NCBI GenBank assembly: GCA_965205505.1
Contig: CBDBHB010000009.1
Span: 2,176,001 to 2,240,000, forward strand
Source of the DNA: Acidobacteriota bacterium
GTDB lineage: Bacteria > Acidobacteriota > UBA890 > WLXD01
Reading direction: 5' to 3'
Length of the DNA stretch: 64,000 nucleotides
Position numbers and translations under genes: made by a program. A model generated the notes under the pieces. It saw only the letters and a list, made by a program, of their open reading frames with translations, was not told the DNA's origin and searched no databases. Positions 10,679-21,979 of this stretch are shown one piece after another; position 1 is the first letter of the stretch; every line of letters begins with the position of its first letter.

Positions 10679-11716
10679 ATGCATAATATGTCCGATGCGC
10701 AGGCAACTGCACCGAAACCCAGCCCTCGGCGCAAGAGCGGCAAGCACCCGGAGCGGGCCCTGTCGGCGGCGTTCGTACGCACGGTAATGAAGCCGGGCCG
10801 GTACTGCGATGGACACGGCCTGTACCTGAACGTGATCCCGAGCGGAGCGCGCAGCTGGGTACAGCGGATCGTGATCCAGGGCCGTCGCCGGGAACTGGGT
10901 CTCGGAGGCTACCCCTTGGTGTCGCTGTCGGAGGCGCGCGAGGTGGCATTTGCCAACCGCAAGCTGGCCCGTGCCGGCGGTGACCCGCTGACAGACAAGC
11001 GCCGGGCCGAGGGCATGCCGACGTTCGCGCAAGCAGCGGCCAAGGTGTATGAGATGCACCGCCCCGGGTGGCGCAACGCCAAGTATGCGGCGCAATGGAA
11101 AACGGAGTTGCGCACCTATGCGTACGGGCGCATCGGTGAGATGCCGGTGTCGGAGGTGACGACGGCCGAGGTGTTGGAGGTACTGGGTCCGATCTGGCAT
11201 GACAAGGCCGAGACCGCACGGCGGGTGCGGGCGCGCATCGGTGCGGTGATGAAGTGGGCCATGGCGCAGGGGTACCGTGGCGACAACCCGGCTGGTGAGG
11301 CGATCACCCAGGCGCTGCCACGGCACCGCAAGCGGCGCCGGGTACCGCTATCGGGCCGGGCAATGGAGATCCTGCGCCAGGCGCGGGGGCTCAGGGATGG
11401 CGAGGGGCTGGTGTTTCCCGGCGCACGGGCCGGCAGGCCGCTGGCGGACGCAACGCTTTCCCGGGTGCTGCGGCAGCTGGGTATTGAAGCGGTACCGCAC
11501 GGGTTTCGCTCATCGTTCCGGGACTGGGCGGCGGAGTGCACCAACGCACCGCGGGCGGTCATGGAGGCGGCGCTGGCGCATGCGGTGCGCGACCCGACCG
11601 AGGCGGCCTATGCGCGCTCGGACCTGCTGGAGCGGCGCCGGAAGCTGATGGAAGACTGGGCCGCTTACCTGAGTGCTGAGGGCGGCAAGGTGGTGCCGAT
11701 GCTGCGCCCTGTCTAG
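10679..11716 (+). pseudogene. P4-family tyrosine integrase with arm-binding N-domain; internal deletion removes catalytic box I
   Basis: DGHGLYL and RELGLGGYP arm domain; HGFRSSFRDW...LAH...AY box II. ALPRHRK joins directly to RRVPLS with no R-x-G-E box I. Confidence 0.8.
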
Positions 11717-12020
11717 GGAGCAGTACCGGGTCGGTTCCCTGCCTGCTGAAGTGGGTTGGCACACGGCCACGCACGCTACCCTGAAGACGTGTCTACCCCA
11801 CCGCCCCCGTGCCTACGGAGAGATGATATGGACAGAGGTGAGCTCGGCAACGTGCGGATGGGCGATCTCCGCTCGCCCAGGATCAACCTTTCGGGCCGTG
11901 CACTGACGCTGATTCCGGCCGTCATCCTGGGCCTGATGCTGCTGTCCCCATCGATCAGTGGGCCCGGGCCGCACTCCAGGTTGCCCGCCCCGATCCAGAC
12001 CATCGTGCCGGTGCTGCCTC

Positions 12021-12680
12021 ATGGGTGAAAAAGAGCGCGCGAGGCAACCAGTGTTGCCTGTGCGTGCCGTCCTGGACAAATCCCGGAACGATGAGTTCGC
12101 CAAGCTGCACCATAAGCACCGGACACGATTCATTGAGCAGAAAGAGCGCATTTCCAACGACGATGCGCGCGCTCTCGTGGGCTTGTGGCTCGACCTGGAC
12201 CCGTCGTGGAGAAACCCAGAGATCGCCCACAACTACAACGTATGGATGTACGCTGCGTTGTTTCTTCGGGGCGAAGACAACACCCCGCGCGAGGATATCG
12301 AATCCACTACCGAAGGATCACGTACTAACCCCGTACATTGGGACGCACTGGCGTGGACGTTCGCGCGCACCGAAGGCAAACGTCCACTCGGGCAAGCCCT
12401 GCACCGTTGGGTGGGCGACGTGATGCATGGCCGGCGTGCGCCTCCGAAAGGCGGCAAAGGCAGCCAGGGGCCGGCCCCCAAGATGGCCGAGCGAAATAAC
12501 GTGCTCCGATGGGCGATCCACGTCCTGACAGAGTGTGGCATGCATGCGGAGCGCAATGAGGCTACCGACGCGATGGAGCGTCCGTCCGCCTGCGACATCG
12601 TGCTCGGGGTGCTCAAGGAGAGAAATCACAGTGTGAGCACGTACGACACCATGCGCGACATATGGCAGGGTAAACGGTAG
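12021..12680 (+). CDS. Hypothetical protein of the satellite
   Basis: Open frame between the integrase and alpA; no recognised motif. Confidence 0.5.
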   Translation: MGEKERARQPVLPVRAVLDKSRNDEFAKLHHKHRTRFIEQKERISNDDARALVGLWLDLDPSWRNPEIAHNYNVWMYAALFLRGEDNTPREDIESTTEGSRTNPVHWDALAWTFARTEGKRPLGQALHRWVGDVMHGRRAPPKGGKGSQGPAPKMAERNNVLRWAIHVLTECGMHAERNEATDAMERPSACDIVLGVLKERNHSVSTYDTMRDIWQGKR

Positions 12681-12794
12681 TCGGCTGCGCCACCCCCGGG
12701 CCGTGGGGGCGAGTTTTCGGAAACTCGCACCTCATGACAGGCCAGAGGTACCCCTGCACAGTGGGAGGAACCACCAAAACCAAGGAGGTTCCTC

Positions 12795-13019
12795 ATGGAG
12801 CAGCAAGTCCTCATCAAGCGTCCTGAAGTCGAGCGGATCACGCTACTTTCCAGGTCAGCGATCTACGCTGCGATGGATGCGGGGGAGTTTCCCCGTCCGG
12901 TGCGCATCGGCCGCCGTGCCGTAGCCTGGCGGATGGCGGACATCGAGGCGTGGTTAGCGAGCCGTCCGACCGCCCTGCCGGGGGGCGATCAACCTGCCCC
13001 TCCCCAGCAGTCAACGTGA
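12795..13019 (+). CDS. alpA: AlpA family phage regulatory protein
   Basis: LIKRPEVERITLLSRSAIY...GEFPRPVRIGRRAVAW; strong RBS aaggagg. Confidence 0.9.
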   Translation: MEQQVLIKRPEVERITLLSRSAIYAAMDAGEFPRPVRIGRRAVAWRMADIEAWLASRPTALPGGDQPAPPQQST

Positions 13020-13020
13020 C

Positions 13021-14679
13021 GTGGCCAGCCTGGAGCAGATCGTCCGCCCGCTCGAGGGTCGATCCAATGGACCTGGCATGGACCCCTGCCCGGCGCACGA
13101 GGACCGCAACCCGAGCCTGAGCGCGACAGAGCGCGACGGGCAGGTGCTGGTGCACTGTCACGCCGGATGCACGCAGGAGGCGGTTCTGGAGGCCCTAGGG
13201 GGCCGGGGTCTGGACATTCGACAGCCCAACGGACTCAAACGGTACCGTCGCCCGTGTCGGCGACCGAGGCGAGGTCGCGTAGTGGGGCGGCTGCGTCAAG
13301 TCCGGACACGGCACGAGGAGCGCGCGCTGCCGCACAACGTCGAGGTGGAGCGCTCGATCCTGGGCGCGGTGTTGCTCGACAACGAGGCGCTGAACGCGGC
13401 CGCCCAGGTGCTCACGGCCAACGACTTCTTCGGCGACGCCAATCGGCTGGTTTACGAGGCAATGGGCGCGATCTCGAGGCGCTCCGAGGCCATCGACACA
13501 GTGACCCTGCGCGAGGAGCTGACCCGACGCGACGCGCTCGAGCGCGCCGGCGGCGCGGCGTACATCTCCGGCCTCATCGACGGTATCCCAGTGGCGGCCA
13601 ACGTCGAGCAGTACGCGCGCAGCATCAAGGACAAAGCGATCCTGCGCGATGCCATCGCCGAGGCAGAGACTTTCCGCAACATGGCGATGGACCCGGGCGC
13701 GGATCCCGAGGTAGTCCTCGTGGAATCCCAGCAGGCCATCGCGGCAATCGCAAACCGTGCTAGCTGCGCCGCGGATCGTGTCCAGGTATACGGGCTTGCC
13801 GAGTATCTCGAACTCCGTCTACCGCCGCGACGGCCCCTCCTGTCGCCTTGGTTCAACGAGAAAGACCTGGCGATGCTGTACGCGAATCGCGGGGACGGCA
13901 AGACCTGGGTCGCGCTCAGTATCGCGCTCGGTGTCGCTACGGGGACGTCAGCCTTGGTCTGGGAGGCGCCTGCCGGGGCGCCCGTTCTTTTCGTGGATGG
14001 TGAGATGCCCGTGGAGACCCTCCAGTCGCGCACGAGCTCGCTACTCGCCGGGCTAGACCCGGACCTCGACATCTCAGAAATCCCCTTTCGAATCCTCGCC
14101 GCGGACGCCCAGGAAATCCCGGTGCCTGCGCTCGATAGCCCGGAGGGGGAGCGCCTCATCGACGCGATCCTTGGGGACGCCAAGCTCGTGGTCCTCGACA
14201 ACATTTCCACGCTGTTCGGTGCCGGTCCGGAGAACGAGGCCGAAGCATGGGGACCCGCTCAGGACCTTCTACTGGGGTTGAGGCGGCGAGGAGTCGCTGT
14301 CCTCCTCGTGCACCACGCCGGCAAGAGCGGTGCTCAGCGCGGTACCTCTCGCCGGGAGGACGTCCTCGACACGGTGATAAAGCTGAAGCGCCCGGGCGAG
14401 TACCGGGCTGAGGATGGCGCCCGGTTCGAGGTTCGCTTCGAGAAAGCTCGGGGACTCATTGGTGCTGACGTGGCCCCATTCGAAGCGCAACTCGCGACTG
14501 ACGAGAACGGCTGCGCGACCTGGATCGTAGCCAACGTCGAGGGCCGGACCCATCGGCAGGTCATCGATCTCCTGAACACCGGCATGACTCCGAGCGCTGT
14601 GGCATCCCAGCTGCGTATCCATCGATCGACCGTGTACCGGCACCGGAACGCAGCAATCGCCGAGGGGAAGCTTCGATGA
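13021..14679 (+). CDS. Primase Zn-binding fragment + DnaB N-terminal domain + AAA_25/RepA-like helicase + C-terminal HTH
   Basis: CPAHEDRNPSL..HCHAGC; LPHNVEVERSILGAVLLDN; ANRGDGKT Walker A; VVLDN Walker B; LVHHAGKSGAQRGTS. Confidence 0.8.
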   Translation: MASLEQIVRPLEGRSNGPGMDPCPAHEDRNPSLSATERDGQVLVHCHAGCTQEAVLEALGGRGLDIRQPNGLKRYRRPCRRPRRGRVVGRLRQVRTRHEERALPHNVEVERSILGAVLLDNEALNAAAQVLTANDFFGDANRLVYEAMGAISRRSEAIDTVTLREELTRRDALERAGGAAYISGLIDGIPVAANVEQYARSIKDKAILRDAIAEAETFRNMAMDPGADPEVVLVESQQAIAAIANRASCAADRVQVYGLAEYLELRLPPRRPLLSPWFNEKDLAMLYANRGDGKTWVALSIALGVATGTSALVWEAPAGAPVLFVDGEMPVETLQSRTSSLLAGLDPDLDISEIPFRILAADAQEIPVPALDSPEGERLIDAILGDAKLVVLDNISTLFGAGPENEAEAWGPAQDLLLGLRRRGVAVLLVHHAGKSGAQRGTSRREDVLDTVIKLKRPGEYRAEDGARFEVRFEKARGLIGADVAPFEAQLATDENGCATWIVANVEGRTHRQVIDLLNTGMTPSAVASQLRIHRSTVYRHRNAAIAEGKLR

Positions 14680-14710
14680 GGAATAGGGCATTCCGTCGCG
14701 CCGTTGCACG

Positions 14711-14890
14711 TGTCGCAGTCGGCACCCCCTTAGGGGGGTGCGACTGTGCGACAGACGGTGCGTGTCGATGCGACAAGCGATGCGACAACCCTGCGACAAG
14801 GGAAACAGCGGCGTGAGGGCGAAAGAGGCGGCACTGCGGGTGTTGCAGCGGAATTCCGCTGTCCCCGAGCCTGCGACAAATCCTGCGACA
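14711..14890. repeat. TGCGACA iteron cluster with a palindrome (putative satellite origin)
   Basis: Six direct TGCGACA copies plus one inverted copy directly after the helicase gene. Confidence 0.65.
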
Positions 14891-14906
14891 GGAGGGTGCA
14901 GCAGCC

Positions 14907-16177
14907 TGACCTGCCCGCCAATAATCGGGCCAGTTTGAGAGTTAGGAATTGAGGCTCTCAGGAAGGCTCGGGAAGGGGGAGAAATGGCCCGGAAGCGATA
15001 CACGGTAGAGCAGATCATCGCCAAGCTCAGGGAGGCAGAGATCGAGCTGGCGCAAGGAGCCAAGACGCCGGAAGCGTGCCGGAAGCTGGGCATCAGCGAG
15101 AACACGTAGTACCGGTGGCGTAAGGAGTACGGCGGGCTGAGGGTGGATCAGGCACGGCGACTCAAGGAGCTGGAGCGCGAGAACGGGCGGCTCAAGAAGC
15201 TGCTGGCGGAAACGATGCTCGACAACGCCATCCTCAAAGAGGTGTCGTCGGGAAACTTCTGAGCCCGGCGCGCCGGAGCCGGGCAGTGCGACACGCACAG
15301 CAGTCGCAGGGGGTGTCGGAGAGGCGAGCCTGCCGAGTGCTGGGCCAGGTGCGCTCGACGCAGCAATATCGGCCCAAGGCGCCTGGAGACGAAACACCGC
15401 TGGTGAAGCGAATGACCGAACTGGCGACGCAGTACGGACGCTACGGGTACCGTCGGATCACGGCTCTGATGGAATGCGAAGGGTGGCGGGTGAACCACAA
15501 GAGGATCGAACGGTTATGGCGTCGTGAAGGACTGAAGGTACCGAAAAAGCAGCCCAAGCGCGGACGCTTGTGGCTCAACGATGGATCGTGCGTGCGGCTG
15601 AGGCCGGAAAGGAAAGATCACGTGTGGGCCTATGACTTCGTGCACGAACGAACTCACGACGGGCGAGCGGTTCGTCTGCTGACGATCGTGGATGAGTACA
15701 CCAGGGAGTGCTTGGCCATCGATGTGGCGCGCAGGCTCAACTCCGAGAACGTGTTGGATCGACTCGCTGAGCTGTTCGTGAACCGTGGTGTTTCCGACCA
15801 CATCCGCTCCGACAACGGACCGGAGTTCACTTCTCGGGTAGTGCGTGGCTGGCTCGAGCGGGTCGGTGTGAAGACGTTGTTCATCGAGCCCGGCTCGCCG
15901 TGGGAAAACGGCTATGTGGAGAGCTTCAACGGCAAGCTACGCGACGAGCTGCTGAACGGGGAGATCTTCTACACGCTCAAGGAGGCGCAGAGCTTGGTGC
16001 AAGCCTGGCGCCGCAAATACAACCAGGTGCGGCCACACAGCTCGTTGGGCTATCGGCCGCCTGCACCGAAAGCGACGTTGTTAAAGCCGGCTACGCTCCG
16101 CTCCGCCGGCTGCAACAACCTCTTGCCAGCACCGATTCTATGAGTTACGAAGTGGCCTCAACACTTGGGGCAGGTCA
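14907..16177 (+). mobile_element. IS3-family element A, copy 1 (orfA has TAG at 15107; orfB DDE ends at 16143)
   Basis: TGACCTGCC...GGCAGGTCA ends; 1271 bp; GGGAAAC frameshift window; [22 protein letters not shown]. Confidence 0.93.
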
Positions 16178-16279
16178 CCTTCCGCTGGCCCCGGAACGAT
16201 AGGTGACCGTCGGACTCCCCTGCTGAAACGCAATCGGACAGAGACGACCTTGGAGGTACGGGTAGGGTACGGTCAAACC

Positions 16280-16729
16280 ATGCCCCGCATAGGCACCTGG
16301 AACACCAACTGGGCGAAACCGGGTACTGCGCGCGGCAACCGCGTCAGTACCGCCTTGGCCTAGCCCGATTGCGATGTCCTATGCGCAACGGAGGGGTACG
16401 TTGGCGTTTGCATTCCCTGGCGCGACGCCCACGTTCGCACCGGCCGCAAAGACCGCGATCCTTGGCAGGATCACAAGAGTTGGTTGGCAGCATTCGAGAC
16501 CTTGCCCTATCGGCGGGCTGCGGAGAGGATCGTCGTCTTGGGCGACTTCAATCAACGGATACCACGAAGGTGGCAGCCCAAACGGGTGTACGAGGCACCG
16601 TTGCGCGCATTTGATGGACTCACGTTTGCAACGACCGGTGAGTTGTCAGGGGCGCCAAGCCGGTCGATTGATCACATCGCTCATACGTGTGATTTAGCGC
16701 TGGTCGGCAACATCGAGCTCTGGCCCAAG
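16280..16729 (+). pseudogene. Endonuclease/exonuclease/phosphatase (EEP) family fragment
   Basis: RIGTWN..., in-frame stop, CATE, VLGDFNQ, IDHI; cut by the IS at 16730. Confidence 0.65.
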
Positions 16730-17192
16730 TGACCTGCCCCCTTTTCTGGTCCACTGGAAGTGAGAGTCTCGGACCGAACATAGGGGTGTTATCGGTTCGC
16801 CAACGGCGGGGCAACGGAAGCAGCCGGAGGCTGCTGGAGTTGCGCTGCCGCGGCGAACTCGTGTGGAGTCAGGTCGCCCAGTGAGCTGTGCAGCCTGACG
16901 TAGTTGTAGTCTCGACGCCAGTACTCGACCTTGCACCGGGCGTCCTCGAGATCCGTGAACCAGTGCTGGTTGAGGCACTCGTCTCGGAACGAGCCATTGA
17001 AGCTCTCGATGAAGGCGTTGTCCACGGGCTTGCCAGGCCGGATGAAGCGTTGGTAGCGGCAGACTGAAAAGGGACCCCGTGGCGGGTTGAAAAGGGACCC
17101 CCTGAGAAGCGCTGGACTGGCCCCCCCTGGTGGGGTAGCGAGACGGAAGCAATAGAGCGTTTCGGATACCCGATCCAGGAGGACCCGAGGAG

Positions 17193-17821
17193 GTGATCAG
17201 AGTGTCTCAGTGGGCCGAGATTCGGCACATGCACGTCGTGGATGGGATCGCCAAGAAGGAGATAGCCCGACGGCTGGAGGTAAACATCAAGACCGTGCGT
17301 CGGGCGCTGGACAAAGACGAGGCGCCGCTGCTGCGGGCAACGCCCCGGCGTGGGCGGCGGCTGGATCCGTGGCGGGAGCAGATCGAGGGCTGGTTGAAAG
17401 CCGATACGCCCGTTCGTTCCGACAGGGAGCCAAGGTGCTGGAGCCGCTACACGTGCTGCCGTTGCTGGAGCGCAAGCACCGGGCGGTGGGCGAGGCGACG
17501 GCGCTGCAGGGCTGGGAGCTGCCCGAGGCGTTCGGCGAGCTCAGAAGACAGCTCCACCAGTGCACCCGCAAACCGGACCGGGAATGGGTGAAGGTGCTGC
17601 GGCTGTTGGAGGAGCACGAGCAGCCCGAGGTGGAAGCCGCGGTCCAGGAGGCGCTACGGAGCGGATCGCCCCGCTACGAGACCGTGCGCTTGTTGCTACG
17701 TCGAGCACAGCGGGCGGGGATGCCCCAGGTACGCCCGGTGCCGGTACGCGCTGAGCTGGCGGCGATGAGGGTCCCAGAGCCGGTGCTGGAGGCGTACGAC
17801 GTGCTCTGGAGGACAAGCTGA
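17193..17821 (+). pseudogene. istA: IS21 transposase: N-terminal HTH joined out of frame to the C-terminus, DDE core deleted
   Basis: EIARRLEVNIKTVRRAL, then HVLPLLERKHRA...GWELP in another frame. Confidence 0.8.
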
Positions 17822-18600
17822 TGGCGGTGGCCAAGATCCAGGAGCCACCGCATCTGCTGGAGGATCTGCGGACCCTGTACCTGACGAGCATGGCCTCACA
17901 GTGGCGAACGGTGGCGGAGCAGGCACGCAGCCACCGGCAACCCTATGCGGAGTTCTTGGCCGATCTGGCGAGGCTCGAGGTAACGGGTCGGCGAGAGCGA
18001 CGCATCCAGCGGCGCGTGAAGGAGGCGCGCTTCCCGATGCTCAAGACGCTGGATGCCTTCCAGTTCGAGGCGCAGCCGACGCTGGATCGGGACGAGGTGC
18101 TGGAGTTGTTCCGCTGCGAGTGGGTCCGAGAGGCGGCCAATGTGGTGTTCGTCGGCTCCGTCGGTACCGGCAAGACCCACCTGGCGATCGCGCTCGGGAT
18201 GGCCTGCTGCCAGCAGGACTACCGGGTGAAGTTCACCACCGCTGCCGAGCTCACCAACATACTCGTGGAGGCCAAGCAGGACGGCCGGCTGTCCAGAAAG
18301 CTCGAGCAGATGGCGCGCTACGACGTGGTCATCCTCGATGAGCTCGGCTACGTGCCGTTCGACAAGCAAGGAGCCGATCTACTGTTCCGCTTCATCACCC
18401 GGGTGTACGAGCGCCGCTCCGTGGTGGTGACCACGAACCTGCCGTTCGCCAAGTGGTCCGAGGTGTTCTTGGATGCCACGGCGGCCGCTGCGGTGATCGA
18501 CCGGATCGTGCACCACGCTACCGTGCTCAAGACCGAAGGCAACAGCTACCGACTCAGGGCCGCTAAGGACAGAGGCCGACGTCGAAAGGGAGGACCATAA
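17821..18600 (+). CDS. istB: IS21 helper AAA+ ATPase
   Basis: GSVGTGKTHLA, ILDELGY, VTTNLPF, AVIDRIVHH, GNSYR. Confidence 0.95.
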   Translation: MAVAKIQEPPHLLEDLRTLYLTSMASQWRTVAEQARSHRQPYAEFLADLARLEVTGRRERRIQRRVKEARFPMLKTLDAFQFEAQPTLDRDEVLELFRCEWVREAANVVFVGSVGTGKTHLAIALGMACCQQDYRVKFTTAAELTNILVEAKQDGRLSRKLEQMARYDVVILDELGYVPFDKQGADLLFRFITRVYERRSVVVTTNLPFAKWSEVFLDATAAAAVIDRIVHHATVLKTEGNSYRLRAAKDRGRRRKGGP

Positions 18601-19670
18601 CGCTGCAGGACCCCGCGGCCGTGGAAACTGCCGTGTCCGTGGAAACCGCAAGGCGGTTCCCACCGCCTCTTGGACAACGCTTCACGTTGCCCACAGTTCC
18701 ACCGCCTCTACGACTACATAGGGGGTCCCTTTTTAACCCGCCGCAAAGGTCCCTTTACGACTTGCCATTACCAAGCGTAGCTCTACGCCCATCTCGTAGG
18801 CCCACGCGTCCAACGCCCGGCTCGTGAACTCGGGACCGTTGTCGATCAGGATCTCCTTGGGTTTACCGCGTTGCTCGACGACCCGGCCCAACACCCGCGC
18901 GACGCGGGCGCCCGTCAACGACGTGTCGACCTCGATCGCCAGGCACTCGCGACTGTACTCATCCAGCACGTTGAGCGTTCGGAACGACCTGCCGGTGGCC
19001 AGCGAGTCGCTCATGAAGTCCATCGACCACCGGTCGGTGGCTGCCTGTGGCGTGATCATCGGCACCCGCTGCATCGATGCCACGCGCTTACGCTTGCGGC
19101 GCCGCACAGCCCCCTTCTCGTTGATACAGCCGGTACAAGCGCTTGTGGTTCACCTGCCAGCCTTCGCGGCGCAGCATCACGTGCAGTCGGCGATAGCCGA
19201 ACCGTGGCCTCTCGGCCGCCAGCTCACGCATCCGCTCGAGCAACGGTCCGGCTTGTTGCCGTCGAGCTCGATACCGGCACGTCGATCGGTTCACACCCAC
19301 GATCCGGCACGCCCGGCGCTCGCTCAGCCCCAAGCGCTGCTGCAGCCATGCCGCTGCTTGCCGCCGCATCGCGGGCGCCACCATTTTCGCGACACAACTT
19401 CCTTGCGCGCCTGGTTGTCCAGCGTCAGATCCGCCACGGCATTCTTGAGCCGCCGGTTTGTCACGCTCCAGCTCCTTGAGCCGGCGCGCCTCACTGATAT
19501 CCAGCCCCCCGTACTTCGCCTTCCACCGATAGTAAGTGCCCTCGCTGAAGCCATGCTCCCGGCACACGTCCTTGACCGCCTCGCAGGCCTCCACCTGGCG
19601 CAGGATCTTGATGATCTGCTCTTCGCTGTACCGCCTCTTCCTCATGTAGCCCTCCCGGCCCTAATCTAGC

Positions 19671-21964
19671 TGACCTGCCCCTGGAAACTGGACGCATCGA
19701 AGCGAGAAAATCTCCGTAATCGAAAGAGGAGGAGAAACTCGTGAAGAGGTCCCGATTCAGCGACGCGCAGATCGTCACGGCGATCAAGCAGGTGGAGCTC
19801 GGCGTACCGATTCCGGAGTTGTGCCGCAAGTACGGGGTCAGCCAGCAGACGTTTTATCGGTGGCGCAGCAAGTACGGGGGGTTAGCGCCGAGCGAGCTGC
19901 GACGGCTCAAAGAGCTGGAGCGGGAGAACGGTCAACTCAAGAAGCTGGTAGCCGATCTGAGATTGGACAAGCAGATCCTCCAGGATGTGCTGGCAAGAAA
20001 AGTCTGAGGCCCGCGCGCAAGCGCCAGCTGGTGCGTCGAACCCGACAGCGGTACCAGATCGGGACACGCCGCGCGTGCGGGCTGATGCAACTTCAGCGCA
20101 GCAGTTTCTACTATCGGCACCGAAAAGATCCGCAGGAGGCACTGCGACTCAGAATCCGCGACCTGGCGGCGGCCCGGCCGCGTTACGGATATCGACGATT
20201 GCATGTGCTGTTGTGCCGGGAGGGCTGGAAGATCAACGCCAAGCGAGTGCTGCGGCTCTACCAGCAGGAGAGACTGCAGTTACGAACGCGACCCCGTCGG
20301 CGAAAGGTCGCGGCGCGGCCGCGGGCTCATCTGCCGGCCCCGTCGGCACCCAACGAGCGGTGGAGTCTGGACTTCGTCAGCGATGCTCTGGCCAACGGCC
20401 GGAGGTTCCGCGTGCTCACGGTGATCGACATCCACAGCCGCGAATGCCTAGCGCTGGAGGCGGACGTGTCGCTGCCCTCCAGGCGAGTCACGGACGTGCT
20501 CGAGAAGGTCGTGGCGCAACGAGGTGCGCCGATCGCCTTGACGCTCGACAACGGCACGGAGTTCACTTCCAACCACTTCACCAAGGCCCTCGAGTACCGC
20601 CTGTACACCGAAGGCTCGGCCGCATACCAGATGGCTTCTCGCGCCCCCGTCCGCAGCCTGCTGCTGTGAGGTGGTGCAAACTCCACGGGGGTGACCCAAA
20701 CCCCGAAAACGGTGCCAGGTTGATGTTTAGGAAATCGGTGTACCGTCGTCCTCCAAGCAGGAGGACAGATGAAGCGGAAGAGGTACACGGACGAGCAGAT
20801 CGCCTACGCGCTGCGGCAGGCTGAGGCGGGCACGCCGATCAAGGAGGTGTGTCGCAAGCTGGGCGTCAGCGAGCAGACGTTGTACACGTGGCGCCGCAAG
20901 TTCGCCGGGATGGGCGTGGCCGAACTTCGGGAGCTACGACAACTCCGCCATGAGAACCGGAAGTTGAAGCAGCTGGTGGCAGATCTGAGCTTGGACAAGC
21001 ACATGCTCCAGGAGGTGCTGTCAAAAAAGGTGTGAAGCCGGCGCGCAAGCGCGAGGTGGTGCGGTACCTGCAGGACGGGTTCCGTGTCAGTGAGCGTCGA
21101 GCGTGTCGGCTGATCGAGTTGTCGCGCACCAGCCATCGGTATCAGAGCACAAGGACGGACGACCCCGTGCTGCGGCGTCGTCTTGGCGAGCTCGCCGCGG
21201 CGCGTCCGCGGTTCGGGTATCGGAGGTTGTGCGTGTTGCTACGCCGCGAGGGATGGGTAGTGAACCAGAAGCGCGTGTATCGGATCTATCGAGAGGAGGG
21301 GCTGGAGGTACGGACCAAAAAGCGACGGCGCAAGCGGGCGAGTCACATACGGCTTGTGCTGCCGCCCGCAGAGCGGCCCAACGAGCGCTGGAGCATGGAC
21401 TTCGTGACCGATCGGCTCGAGAGTGGCCGGCCGTTTCGGGTGCTGACGGTGGTCGATCAGTTTAGCCGTGAATGTCCGTTACTTGAGCCGGGCGTGTCGA
21501 TGACCGGCAAGGCGGTGGCTGGAGCACTCGAGCGGCTGTCGTTTGCCGGGCCGTTGCCACGGGTCATCACCGTCGACAATGGCTCAGAATTCTACTCCCA
21601 GGCGATGGACTCCTGGGCGTACCGAAGAGGCGTGCAGTTGGAGTTCATTCGGCCGGGAAAGCCCGTGGAGAATGCGTTCATCGAGAGTTTCAACGGACGG
21701 CTTCGCGACGAATGCCTCAACGCCAACCTGTTCTTCTCGATCGATGACGCGCGCCGAAAACTGGAGGCTTGGAGGCTTGATTACAATACCCACAGACCAC
21801 ACAGCTCACTGAACGATCGAACTCCTACGGAGTTCGCCAGGGGCTGGCAACCGGAGGCTTCGGAACACCGAATCCTAAACCTCTGACTGGTACTGATTTC
21901 GGGGTGGGGTCAATAGCCCGGAGAACTCACACTCGCACTGGCTCAGTTTTCGGGGAGCACGTCA
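19671..21964 (+). mobile_element. IS3-family element C: orfA 19741-20007; orfB truncated at about 20580; right IR at 21941-21964; contains IS D
   Basis: IRL tgacctgcccctggaaactg pairs with IRR cagttttcggggagcacgtca; orfB stops after DNGTEFTSNHF. Confidence 0.8.
20692..21912 (+). mobile_element. IS3-family element D, copy 1 (orfA 20769-21035, orfB 21032-21886)
   Basis: TGACCC...GGGTCA ends; AAAAAAG frameshift site; intact DDE; near-identical copy at 48176. Confidence 0.93.
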
Positions 21965-21979
21965 ATCTCATCGTGCCGT

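Larger units (their letters stand above)
17051..18773 (+). mobile_element. IS21-family element with internally deleted istA
   Basis: TG...CA ends with related IRs (tggtagcggcag..aaagggacc / tggtaatggcaag..aaagggacc); 5-bp target duplication AGCGT at 17046-17050 and 18774-18778. Confidence 0.92.
16730..19670 (-). mobile_element. IS3-family element B (frameshifted), interrupted by IS21; left end truncated
   Basis: orfA MRKRRYSEEQI at 19645; orfB pieces WSMDF, DNGPEF, ESFNGSFRDECLN; terminal TGACCTGCCCC at 16730. Confidence 0.85.
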
